A stretch of DNA of 64,000 nt, from positions 11,408,001 to 11,472,000 of the forward strand of contig OX597821.1 of NCBI GenBank assembly GCA_951406725.2, read 5' to 3'. The notes beneath the pieces are model-generated. The model did not search any database. It saw only the letters and a program-made list of their open reading frames with translations, and was not told the origin of the DNA. A program made the position numbers and the translations under genes. How positions within the stretch are numbered: position 1 is the stretch's first letter; the number at the start of each line of letters is the position of its first letter. Below are positions 12,092-24,009 of the stretch, piece after piece. The DNA comes from Octopus vulgaris (lineage: Eukaryota).

Positions 12092-13699
12092 GTATGTGTG
12101 TGTGTGTGTGTTTCTTAAAATGAGATGAAATCCAGCTGAATTGTCCTGTGTCTTTCATCCTCTCAGAGTACAGATGAAATACTGGCTTCTTTGCTATCAA
12201 CTATTCATTTTCATAAAATTTCTAGCCTTCTGCCTAATTTGGAAATTATTTAGTAAATGATAATAAAAAACCTGTATTTTATCCAATCAATACTTTTAAT
12301 TATAGTTTACAAGTAATTAGCATGAACTTTTATCATCGATAGATTTGTTTGCCGATAACCGCTGCACGAAGATATAGTTGAATCGGTGCAGACATATCTA
12401 ATAAAGTTGTTCTTCTTATCACAAAGTGCTCTGCTAAATAGATAAGGGTTTGCCGAAGAAGCTCTAAAAGAACTGACACGTGTCCAGAATTGTTACGCTA
12501 TTCACAAGGCATCGCTTAAGCCAACGCTACGCTGGTAGACATCTGCTCAAGGTACCGCGGGATCTGACATGTAGCTTTTATTTTAGTCACCACTTTCCTT
12601 TATTTTAAAGAAAATATATCATGTCAACGTAATAGAATAAAACTCAGCATAAATATTGGCGAAAATACCACAGAAAGAATTGATAGAACTGTTGTTAGAA
12701 TAATTGGCAGTTATAGCTACATATCTTTACGTTTTAATTTCGAGTGTTGCCTAAGTAGCAGTTGCCTTTTTTTCTTCCTGGGTTTGATGAAATAAATCAT
12801 TAACCAAATGTGAGGCATTGTGTTTGCATGAGAACTGAGTTTGATAGTTGTAGTAGATCTCCGCTGTTCAATAATCTGAATTACCTGCCCTTGAATTCAC
12901 GTGTAATTGGTTGAGAACTCTACTGACACATAGATAAAGTCTGTGTGACACGTTGTATCAAAAACAACCCATGCAACAAGCTTCTATATAGTTTCCATCT
13001 ACCCAATTTCATTCAGAAGCTATGAGGTGATCGGAAGCTAGGGAGAATTATATTTGCCTAAAATTGCAACTAGAGGGATCGAAACCGGAACCATACGGCT
13101 GTAAATTGAAGGTCTTTAGCCATACTGTATCCCGAAATATCAATGAATGCCCTTACTCCTTAGGGATTTGTGGAAATACGAAGTTAATTTGTTGCTTTCT
13201 TAGTGTTATTTTGTGCATGTGCGTGTGTGTCTTTTCTCATTTTCAGTCTATTCACTATAAGGGATCATCTTGGTTGATTGATTAGATGCATTGTTGCAGC
13301 AATTCGTCGTAATGAGACCCTGAGATCCACTGTTTAATGAGACCCTGGGTCCACTGTTTAAAATAGCGAACAATTCTCGGTCTAACGAAGGAACCTCTAT
13401 CTGGTCACTCGACGTGCTACAAACGGCAACAACATCTCCTTCAAATAACATCTTCCCATTTAAATGAAGACATTGGACAATGTAGATATAGCTAAACAAA
13501 TAAGCTAGGATTGTTACAACTAGAATATCTTTGAACATCAATCTGTTCGATTTCTCGATCAGAGTGGACTAGAATTAAACTACTACTACTACCATCATGA
13601 CTATCACAACCATCATCACCATCACCATCGGTCCCAGCCTGCAACTGAGTACGTCGAAGATTCTCTACTATGTGTAAAACTAACTTCATCACCAGATAT

Positions 13700-14790
13700 A
13701 TGGGATTTCCTACACTCTATCATTTAATCGAAGCACATAAAACTGCACTCAAGCTGAAGATGAGACACGTTGTCTCTAGCTTTGGAGAAACCTGTACAAA
13801 ATATCTTGGATTCTCCCTCAGATCATAAAGCTTACATTTCTAACCTTCCTGGGGCACGTCAGAATCTGCGATGAGGTCATCAGAAGCCTATATCAATTCG
13901 AACTCGAGATATTATTTTACAACTATTATGTTATCAGCCTCGAAGTCTCTCTCTCCCTCACAGTCTTCCCCCTCTCTCACTTTATATCCCAGTATCCGCT
14001 AATTGAATAGGCGATGTACTGACCAACTGCATCATCTCCCCTAATCACTACTATTTCTGTCTCACCACATCTAAACATCCCCGTCCATCATTATAGGCAA
14101 TATGTAGAGACCAACCCATGGGATTTAGTCTCTAGGATTTCCTGACATCAGTCATGTGGACCAGCTGGAAAGCCAACTGCTCTATAACTGCCACTTTTGC
14201 CCCACCCCCGAGATATGCAAACGATATACACAACTTCACAACTTCTCGCGAAGAAGCCAACTCCTTATGTTAAATTTTTGCGTCCATGATTCACCCCAGT
14301 ATTCAGTACTCGACCTTAGAAAATCAGAAAAGTCCCAGTAAGAGGTGACATCAACATCAAACCCTACAAGAAAGCTGCTTGCAGAGATATATCTGTCAAC
14401 CACACACTATCCCTTATCAGTGTTAAGGCCAGGGACATTCGAAACTGATTTCTCTGTATCCACTATGCAGGAAGCGTGACATAATATTGAGTGATTTGTA
14501 GCACAATTCCAAAAGCTAGTAGAAGTAAACAAATACCCCCATCTTTTAGTAATTATATTTAAGATCGAAAGCCCAAGAATTCAACAGCTGCTTCTGGATG
14601 TTTCCACATATCAATGACAGCACAACGGCTGTTATCAGAAAGACCATCCATAGGGAAGACTTAGATACACAGGTGACTTAGTCAGGTTCTTTCCTCCAGA
14701 AATGCCTATTGACGAAACTGCTCCCCGAGAATCGAAACCTATGCTTCATAGCCAACTGCTCCATCCGGGTACTTAATGTAATATATCCAT
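13700..14790 (+). pseudogene. Possible highly decayed Penelope-like reverse transcriptase remnant
   Basis: Fragmentary motifs YRQ...PMGFSL and INIKPYKKAACRD...NH resemble PLE RT G.PMGS and YRKPT..D regions; many stops. Confidence 0.3.
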
Positions 14791-15468
14791 CCCTAAGATC
14801 AAAAGGCGATAAATGATGTGTGTTACATCAACACCATTAGCTGAAACAAGTAAAAGAATAAAAGAAATACACACACACACACACACACATGTACACTGGA
14901 TTAAAATAAGAGCTACAAAATACTGTCTTGCTAATGAGGCACGTGGTTAAGCAGATTTCTATAACGTTCCTTTGTGTCTCCAAGCTATGTGCGCCCTCTG
15001 GGCACATCACTTGCTATAGTTGAAAAACAGGACAAAGCAGAACAAACCATCTGCCCAGAGCCTGAAATTATTTGGCGACACAAAGCACGCTACAAAAATC
15101 TACCTAATCACGTGTCTCAATGGCAAGAAACTATTTATAGATCTCATTTTTAAACGGTATACATTAAATTGATATTTATTTCTCAATAGTTTGCTGAATC
15201 AGCCATAAATTTATATGATAAATATGTATACTGACAACCAAGATTTAGCTAAACCACCCAGCGGTTAGTAGTCACTACTCAAAAGCTTGTAATTTTCAGA
15301 GAAACTAGTCTAGTGTAGTGGCCTAGCTTCATTATGGGGCAGTTATCTCCCCTGTCAATATAGAAAAATGCGCTTTTTTGCGGCTCTAAGGGTTTTTAAG
15401 ACTTATTTCCAGCAATATAGGTGCTACCTGGCAATTAGTGACAATTGAATTTTTTTCTTTTTGGCTAT

Positions 15469-16072
15469 ATACGAAGGAAAGTCAAAAATCATCCTCAATT
15501 TCACCATAACATATCTTTATTGCTGTCACACTGCCTTCTGCGCATGCGTGTTTATAGTTGATACTATTGTTGTCACGTGAACGAAGTTTGAGCCTGATCG
15601 CACCATTTTTCTTTCGAACTTTACAGTGTTAGCATGGCCACTTCACTAGCAACGTGCACCAAAGAAGAACAAAGAGCATTGATCCGAGAGAAGGTAATGG
15701 TGAATCGATTCACCATTACCATCTCTCGAGCTTACTGAATATTACCGTCAGTACGGAGGTTGACGGCGTCCAGCAGCTCCCTCTTCGTGCGTCACGCTTG
15801 TCCGGCCACTTTTAAACTTTTCCATCTATTCATACAGATTTCTATGAGAGGGTGCACTGTCCCTGTACTGTGTTAAAAGCATCCGATGAATTTCAGCACC
15901 TGACACGCCTTCCAACCAGAGAAATCGGATCACTGCTCTTTGCTTTTTGGTGCACATTGTTAGCAGAGAGGTCATGTTTATACTGTAAAGCCAAAAAGAA
16001 AAATGGCGCGATAAGGCTCAAACGTCGATCACGTGACCACAATAGTACCAACTATAAGCACGCATACCCAGA
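15469..16072. mobile_element. Fold-back mariner derivative made of two inverted 5' ends
   Basis: + strand MATSLATCTKEEQRALIR; - strand MTSLLTMCTK...RAVIRFLWLEGVSGAEIHR...EKFKSGRTSV; central palindrome ggtaatggtgaat-cg-attcaccattacc. Confidence 0.75.
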
Positions 16073-16101
16073 AATATATATATATGTATATATATATATA
16101 T

Positions 16102-16247
16102 AGCGGCTCGGCAAAAGAGACCGATAGAATAAGTACTGGGCTTACAAAAGAATAAGTCCCGGGGTCGATTTGCTCGACTAAAGGCGGTGCTCCAGCATGG
16201 CCGCAGTCAAATGACTGAAACAAGTAAAAGAGTAGAAGAGTAAGAGT
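16102..16247 (+). mobile_element. SINE family A, 3' half
   Basis: Consensus match. Confidence 0.85.
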
Positions 16248-16248
16248 A

Positions 16249-16279
<31 letters not shown>

Positions 16280-16485
16280 TTGAGTAGTTGAATGAATTAT
16301 CTTATTAAGGATAATTCGAATTAACCGATACCTGGGTAGCAAATTCACATCAGAAAAAACACGGTTGAAGTTACGTGCCTAGGGCATAGATTACGTGCTT
16401 TCGTGTGGAAATTTGTATGTTTATTTTGAAAATATAAATATAAGAAAGAATGGAGCTGAACGACAAATTAACAAAATTCCTTTAT

Positions 16486-16567
16486 TTTTTACATATGTTT
16501 CGAAGGCTGCATATTCCTAATTGCGAAGGAATAAGGAGTATATTATGCCGCTTTCTCATCAGGAAAA
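16486..16567 (-). ncRNA. Type I hammerhead ribozyme motif with long stem II (family H2)
   Basis: ttttc-CTGATGA-GAAAGC.GCATA...TATGC.GCCTTC-GAAAC-ATAT-GTA-aaaa; stem I imperfect. Confidence 0.7.
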
Positions 16568-16707
16568 GCAAGGAACAAATGTCAACATCAAAATGCACAA
16601 AAAACTTTTAGATGATTGCTCACACCGAGCCCATAGCTCCGTGTGAGCAATCATCTGAAAGTTTTTTTGTGCATTTTGATGTTGACATAAGTTCCTTGCT
16701 TTTCCTG
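16559..16707. repeat. Fold-back inverted repeat (~70-bp arms)
   Basis: tcaggaaaagcaaggaac...agatgattgctcacac / gtgtgagcaatcatct...gttccttgcttttcctga. Confidence 0.85.
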
Positions 16708-16827
16708 ATATATATATATATATATTCGGGGTGAGTACTTGATAATTATAAGCACCTGTGTATACCGTTTGGTGGTGTAGGTGGTGGAGTAAATTGATCA
16801 AAATAAAAACATGATGCGAAGGATTCA

Positions 16828-16905
16828 GCGGTACATATGTTTCGGGCCTTTATTAGACAGATTTATAACAATGCATAATGTATATCTGTGGCCTTCTTCA
16901 GCCGC
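16828..16905 (-). ncRNA. Type I hammerhead ribozyme (family H3), left arm copy
   Basis: Reverse complement of 17236-17313. Confidence 0.8.
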
Positions 16906-17235
16906 GCACAACAGCTTCCACAAGAACATGTGTTACATAAAAAATTCTTGGTTAGGGATGCAAATCCTCCCATTCGCGTACGACATAATGCGGCAGCAGC
17001 ATAGAATTGAAGCGTCCATCTCTTTCTTCTCTCAATGTAGGATGAGGAAAGATGGATGTTGAAATTTATTTACATTACTTCAACATCCATCTTTCCTCAT
17101 CCTACATTGAGAGAAGAAAGAGATGGACGCTTCAATTCTATGCTGCTGCCGCATTATGTCGTACGCGAATGGGGGATTTGCATCCCTAACCAAGAATTTT
17201 TTATGTAACACATGTCCTTGTGGAAGCTGTTGTGC

Positions 17236-17313
17236 GCGGCTGAAGAAGGCCACAGACATACATTATGCATTGTTATAAATCTGTCTAATAAAGGCCCGAA
17301 ACATATGTACCGC
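17236..17313 (+). ncRNA. Type I hammerhead ribozyme (family H3)
   Basis: GCGG-CTGAAGA-aGGCC-ACAGA...TCTGT...GGCCc-GAAAC-ATAT-GTA-CCGC; perfect stem I, intact core, GUA cleavage triplet. Confidence 0.8.
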
Positions 17314-18719
17314 TGAATCCTTCGCATCATGTTTTTATTTTGATCAATATATATATATATACATAGTTCAAATTTACAGAACAAGTGCACTGTTATGGCC
17401 GCAGTCAGCTGAAACAAATAAAATAATAAAATTATATATATATATATATATATACACATACACACACACGCATATAAATAATAGTACCCTTGTTTACTTT
17501 AATGACGTGTACACACACACACACACGCACTCACACAAACATATGTGAACTTTTACAAAGGTACAAATGGGTACTTGACAATGACTCCAACTTTTCATCT
17601 CGCTTGCCTTCAGCAGACTATGTACTAGGATTCTTTTTAAATCTAAATAGACTTTAGTGTGCGCGTACGCTGCAGAAAGAACTTTTGATAAAATCGTGAT
17701 GCCTATATAGTGTCGTCAAATTCAGAATTGAACTTACGTTCACATAGTGTACGTGTGTGACTGAATTGACATCATAAGCTATTGTTGAATTAAACGGAGG
17801 AAGATAAACACTTTCTAGAAAATTTTAGCTAATCAAACAGTATCCATAATCTCTTCTTATAGTTGTTTTCCGTTATTGTTTAGTTCCACCCGTGTCCTTC
17901 CTGTCTTTTATTTCCCATCAAATTGTGTCAATAATAACATTATGTCATTTTTAAAGACGGCTGGATGAGACTTGATTGATAATATAGCTGGTATTTCTAG
18001 CGAGCCAAGTAAATGCATAGATAAGATTCCTCGACCTTGGTTCATAATTGTTTAAACTTGTTAAGGTTTAAGTATTTCCTGGTTGTTGAAGAGATTGTCT
18101 GGAATTGTTTTCTTCACAATGAACTGAGTTTTTTTTTTTTTATCACCAACATCTCAAACACGCATATTAATCAAACAGAAACCGTTCTAATAAACGTGAA
18201 AATAAATAAAACAAACAAGCAAATATTCTTGTTGAAAATGCATAAACGAAATGAAATTCCAGTAGCTTTTATCTGTGATTGAACTTAAAGCATGGCTTAT
18301 TGTTGAACGAAAGAGAGGAAGCTAAAACTTCCTGGGAAACCTAAACTAATCAAGCATTATTTATAATTCTTATTCTTGTTCTTGGCGAAGGGAAATGTTG
18401 ACTTTTAACGTTTATACAATTACGCTCGGTACAAACAGCTCACGGGTAGTTTCGGGTTGGCAGTTGTGGGTATGCATGATACTGTTTGAGTTCTCTTTGT
18501 TACAGAACACAATAGCTGCAAAACTAACGATCACATCGTTATCTCGTACGAAATTTCCGGGTCGGAATGAAATGAAATTTTCTTTATGCAGTTCTGCAAC
18601 TCCTTACAATATCATTTGCCATCTCTTCAAATATTGGAGTAGTTTTGAGTTGACAGGTGGTGCGAGTTGTCGGAAGAGGCTTGCCATTCTTGATTAAAAG
18701 TGACGGAAGTCGAGGTTAT

Positions 18720-19110
18720 AGAAAAGAAAGGAGAGAAAGAGTAAATAAATAAAGGCAGAAAGAGCGAACGAAAGTAATGAATGAATGAATGAATGAATGA
18801 AAGAAGGAAAGAGGTAAAGAAAGAAAGAAAGACGAGAGAAAGAAAAGAAAGACAAAGAATCAAAATAAACAAAGGAAGAAAGAAAAGAAAGGGAAGAACG
18901 AAAGGAAAGAGAGACCAACGAAAGAAAGTAAAACGAAGAAAGATTGAAAAAGTAAAGGAGAGAAAGATAGAAAGTAAAGAAAGAGAGAAAGGTAGCGAAA
19001 ATACGAATGGAATGAATGAGAGAAGAAAGAAAGAAAGCAGAAAGGAAGGAAAGAAAGACAGAAAAAGGAAAGAAAGAAAGAAAGAAAGAAAGATTTCATG
19101 AAGGAAAGGC
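18720..19110. repeat. Purine-rich (GAAA-type) low-complexity tract
   Basis: Directly visible. Confidence 0.85.
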
Positions 19111-19538
19111 AAAGAAATCGATTTGTGAGTGAGTTATTTGATAGTACTTTAGAGTAATTCTTTAGCCAAATGGGTAATTACCTACTTGGAACTGGCTCCG
19201 TAAGACAGTGATGACATAGCAAGCAGTATATTGTAGTGATTTGACATCAAATAACATTGGAAGAAACTGATCGTTAGATTAGGTGGCACACAATACTTGG
19301 AATTGGATGGCTTCGTGGTTGGGTGGTTGGTGTTGGTTGGAGGGTTGGCCAGTTGGCTGGTTTGCTGGTTTGTTGGTTGGTTGGTGTACCTGCTTGGTGG
19401 TTTGGTGTAGCTGATTGGCATGTGAGTCTACGATTTGGTATGTTTAGCAAAAGGAGGATGAATCAGAAGATTGGAATGGCACTAGGAGAAAAAAAGAAGA
19501 AGAAAGGGCTGGTATTGAAATTAGCTGTTACATCTATA

Positions 19539-20739
19539 TCAGGCTGAGTAAAAAGAAAGCAACGTTTTGAAACATGAAATTTATCACAATATATTTTAGC
19601 AATGCGGAAATTTTATTCATCAAAGTAAGCACCATTACTTACAATCAGCACATTTTTACCAACGAGTTAGAAGTTCCTTTATTCCGATAACATAAGCATC
19701 TGGAGTTTTGTAGCTGATGAACTCTTTCAACGCACTTTCCAGCATCGGTTTGGTTTTTGAGCTTCTCCCTGGAGGATACCACCAAGGTGCTTGAAAAAGT
19801 GGTAGTCGTTAGAAAGGTCTGGGGAATAAGCTAGGTGGGGAAGAATTTCGTAGCCAAGTTCCCTCAACTTCTAGAGCGTCATTAGTGAAAACGTACGTTC
19901 GAGTATTGTCATGAAGAATGATGGGCCCCCTTATGTTGACCAGTCTGGGACGGAGGAATAGCAATTTGTCGGTCATTTTGGCAATTTCATGGTAATATTT
20001 TTCTGCAGTAATGGTTTTCCTGGATTTTAAGAAGTTATAGGGGATGAGTCCAGCAGTACACCACCAAACAGTCACCATAACTTTCTTTTTGAAGAGCTCG
20101 GGTTTAGGGAAGGTTTTCGGTGCTTCATTTTGGTCCAACCATTGTGAAGAACGTTTTTTTTTTATTATTGTACAGAATTTACTTTTCATCGCAAATTGCA
20201 ACACGGTCGACAAATGGATCGGTCTGGTTATGGAGAAGTGACGAGCAAATTTTATATCTGCGCATTTTCTGACTTTCATTCAAATCGTGTAGCACACATT
20301 TGTCGAGCTTCTTTTGATTTTCCGATCGCATGCAAATGGTTGCAGGCAGTTTTCTGGCTAACTTGAAGTTCTTCTGCCAGTTCTTGTGTGGTTTTACGTG
20401 GGTCTTTCTTAACGACGGTCTTTAATTGACCGTAATCGATGAAAGATGGGCGTCCCCAACGCTCACGAGCTTCAGGCCTCCACTGCGAAATCGTTTTAAC
20501 CATTTTCGAGCTGAGCACTCACTGGTCATTTCCTCACCAAATGTTTCGTTGATATCGCGAGCAGTTTCAGCAGCTTTACGTCATTTTTTGAGGTTGAATA
20601 GCAAAATTGCTTGAATATTGCGCTTTGAGAGTTCCATTACAAAAAAAAAAAATATGTTTAAAAAATATTCAAAACTCTACAAAAATCCGGTACAAATTCT
20701 TCATGGTTCAAAACGTTGCTTACTTTTTACTCAACATGA
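19539..20739 (-). mobile_element. Full-length inactive mariner transposon
   Basis: TIRs tcaggctgagtaaaaagaaagcaacgttttgaa / ttcaaaacgttgcttactttttactcaacatga with TA on both sides; frameshifted transposase with GRP HTH region, KKVMVTVWW, ILHDNTR and YSPDL..DYH. Confidence 0.9.
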
Positions 20740-20741
20740 TA

Positions 20742-21141
20742 GGCACCAGAGTGGCTGTGTGGTAAGTAACTTGCTTATCAAACACATGGTTCCAGGTTCT
20801 GTCCCACGGTGTGGCACCTTTGGCAAGTGTCTTCTATTATAGCCTCGGGCCGAACAAAGACTTGTGAATGGATTTGGTAGACGGAAACTGAAGGATATAT
20901 ATATATATATATATTTCTTTACTACCCACAAGGGGCTAAACATAGAGAGGACAAACAAGGACGGACAAAGGGATTAAGTCGATTACATTGACCCCAGTGC
21001 GTAACTGGTACTTAATTTATCGACCCCGAAAGGATGAAAGGTAAAGTCGACCTCGACGGAATTTGAACTCAGAACGTAACGGTAGACGAAATACGGCTAC
21101 GCATTTCGCCCGGCGTGCTAACGTTTCTGCCAGCTCGCCGA

Positions 21142-21221
<80 letters not shown>

Positions 21222-21433
21222 TGTATGTATGTATGTCTTTGTGTGTCTGTGTTTATCCCCCTACAATCGCTTGACAACCGATTTTGGTATGTTTACGTCC
21301 CCGTAACGTAGCAGTTCGGCAAAAAGATATCAATAGAATAGGCTTACAAAAAATAAGTCCTGGGGTCGATTTGTTCGACCACAGGCGCTGCTCCAGCATG
21401 GCCGCAGTCAAATGAGTGAAACAAATAGAAAGA
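20742..21433 (+). mobile_element. SINE family A interrupted by an inverted SINE B
   Basis: 5' half 20742-20893, 3' half ~21235-21433. Confidence 0.85.
20914..21139 (-). mobile_element. SINE family B nested in the (AT)n tract of SINE A
   Basis: Full reverse-complement consensus flanked by (AT)n. Confidence 0.9.
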
Positions 21434-21607
21434 GATTTTCAAATGTAAAGTGTGCGGCTTTGCATTTTCACATTATTTCCCTTATATTTTTACTCGTGCC
21501 GTAATGCAGAAAAAGGACGTAAATGGGAAAGAAGTTAGAAGAAGTAGTGCTCGAATACCGAAGGTAGAGTAATATGCTTTATCAATAAAGCTGCAAAGAC
21601 ACCGCAA

Positions 21608-21700
21608 AAACTGTTACTCAGGGTTTCACGTTCCCGTTCAACGGACAGTTTCTCAACCAAAACTATCCGACGAACGGGAACTTGAGACTCTGAATAACAG
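21608..21700. ncRNA. Inverted pair of variant minimal hammerheads (family H4)
   Basis: - strand aaactgt-CCGTTGA-ACGggaaCGT-GAAAC-cctga-GTA-acagttt; + strand aaactat-CCGACGA-ACGggaaCTT-GAGAC-tctga-ATA-acag. Confidence 0.6.
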
Positions 21701-21860
21701 ATTCAAAATGTGTGTGTTTACCGACGCCAGTACTTATCTGATAATGTATGATATTACATTTCGTCAGATAGATTTTTGAGCCGTCTTTTTACAACGAATA
21801 TATATATACTTATGTATATATATATCTATGCATATATATATATATATATATATATACAAT

Positions 21861-21943
<83 letters not shown>

Positions 21944-22297
21944 GTGTGAGTGCGTGTGCATACATTAACACGCACAGACACTGACACACACGCTCACACA
22001 GACTCACGTTTGCGTTTACACATGTATAAACATATGCGTGTCGTCTGTGTGTCTTGTTTTTTTTTTTTGGCAAAGGCTTGTATTTCTATGCATCTCCGAA
22101 TAAATGGTGAAATAAATACACAAAATAAAAATAAAATAATCTGTTTGGTAAGAAATTGCACCAACTTCTTTGAAAGAACCTCCACTCCCACCACATCGGT
22201 AAAAACTTCATCATCATCATCGTCGTCGTCGTCATTAGCAACAACAGAAACAACAATAATTACAACCGCTACTATTCCGACAAGGACCAAAGGACCC

Positions 22298-22560
22298 TTT
22301 CTTCTTCTTTTTCTTCTTCTTCTTCTTTTTCTTCTTTCTTCTTCTTCTTCTTCTTCTTCTTCTTCTTCTTCTTCTTCTTCTTCTTCTTCTTCTTCTTTCT
22401 TCTTCTTTTTCTTCTTCTTTTTCTTCTTCTTCTTCTTCTTCTTCTTCTTCTTCTTGTTCTCCTTCACCTTCTTCTACTTCTTCTTCGTCTCCTGCTCCTC
22501 CTGCCCCTCCTCCTCCCCCTGCCCCTCCTCCTCCTCCTCCTCCTCCTCCTCCTCCTCCTC

Positions 22561-22608
<48 letters not shown>

Positions 22609-22636
22609 TTGCTACTGCTGCTGCTGCTGCTGCTTG
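22298..22636. repeat. Compound trinucleotide microsatellite (CTT)n-(CCT)n-(ACT)n-(GCT)n
   Basis: Directly visible. Confidence 0.95.
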
Positions 22637-22922
22637 CTGGTACAAGTAACAGTACGCTGCTTCCTTCACATTGCGGCAAACGTATTAACGTCAAGGATTT
22701 GTCAAATTATGCCAACTTGTGGCAAAATCTTAACATCAAGGATTGCTGTCAAAGAACGAATTTGTATCCAGGTACAAAACTTCAGAGAAATAGCAATTCA
22801 AAGCTTTGAAAATCGTTGCTTATATACCGAATAACCTGTTGTACGTAACTTAGTGAATGAACGCAGTTAAGATGCTTGTGAACTACTTTGGGTGGATAAT
22901 CGTTTCTCGTTTTTCTTGTTAT

Positions 22923-23335
22923 TTACTCTCTTTACTCTTTTACTTGTTTCAGTCATTTGACTGCGGCCATACTGGAGCACCGCCTTTAATCGAGCAACTC
23001 GACCCCGGGACTTATTCTTTGTAAGCCCAGTACTTATTCTATCGGTCTCTTTTGCCGAACTGCTAAGTGACAGGGACATAAACACACCAGCATCGATTGT
23101 CAAGCAATGCTAGGGGGACAGACACACACACACACATACACATACATATATATATATATATATACATATATACGACAGGCTTCTTTCAGTTTCCGTCTAC
23201 CAAATCCACTCAGAAGGCTTTGGTCGGCCCGAGGCTATAGTAGAAGACACTTGCCCAAGGTGCCACGCTGTGGGACTGAACCCGGAACCATGTGGTTGGT
23301 TAGCAAGCTACTTACCACACAGCCACTCCTGCGCC
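22923..23335 (-). mobile_element. SINE family A, full length
   Basis: Consensus match. Confidence 0.9.
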
Positions 23336-23715
23336 TATTGGTAATTTTCTTTTACGTTTATTGAAGAGAGTAAAATGTATCACTCGTGATCCTCTATGTC
23401 TTTTTCATGGCCTCTGAGGTTAATGAGGAAATGAGGCCTAGTCGTGATTTTATGTTTTTGCATCAGTATGAGGTTGTTTAAAATCGCCGAATGACCAGTT
23501 GCTGATGTTTAAACCGGCTGATGGATGAATTCAACGAATTAGTATATGAAAATACGGAAGAAAAAAAGATATTTCGTTTCCCAAACACACAGGTTTCCGA
23601 GTTCAAACCAACTGCGTGGCGCATTAAACAAGTGTTTTCTACTATCTCCTCGGAAAGACTAAAGCCCTGTGAGTGAATTTGGTCAAGGAAACCTAAAAAC
23701 AAGACCGTGGTCTAC

Positions 23716-23758
<43 letters not shown>

Positions 23759-23821
23759 CTGTGGTTCATATATTTATATATTTAAAGAATAAGGAGAAAA
23801 TGGAGAGGTAATTAAGAAAAT

Positions 23822-24000
23822 TATTTATTAATTATAAAATATGACAACATCTCTGACAGCTGTTTCGATTCTAATCGGTATGTTTTTACTACTTCTGAAG
23901 AGATTCATCTTATAATGATTTTAATTTTATAAATTAATTATTTAAAGATTTCTGAATCGAAACAGCTGTCAGAGATGTCATATTTTATAATTAATAAATA
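23822..24000 (+). ncRNA. Hammerhead motif (family H5) inside a ~50-bp terminal inverted repeat
   Basis: CTGAAGA-GATTCA...TGAATC-GAAAC-AGCT-GTC at 23895-23970; stem I weak; left arm 23822-23871 is the inverse of 23954-24000. Confidence 0.6.
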
Positions 24001-24009
24001 AATTTATTA

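Larger units (their letters stand above)
16793..17348. repeat. Near-perfect palindrome: ~270-bp arms, 15-nt spacer
   Basis: Arms 16793-17063 and 17079-17348 differ by 2 substitutions and one 1-bp indel. Confidence 0.95.

Noticed and set aside
21735-21770. Minus-strand CTGACGA-AATGTA...TACATT hairpin as a hammerhead
   Set aside because: 3' half of the core is absent; only a short hairpin
21950-22834. 294-aa ORF
   Set aside because: Translation of compound triplet microsatellites
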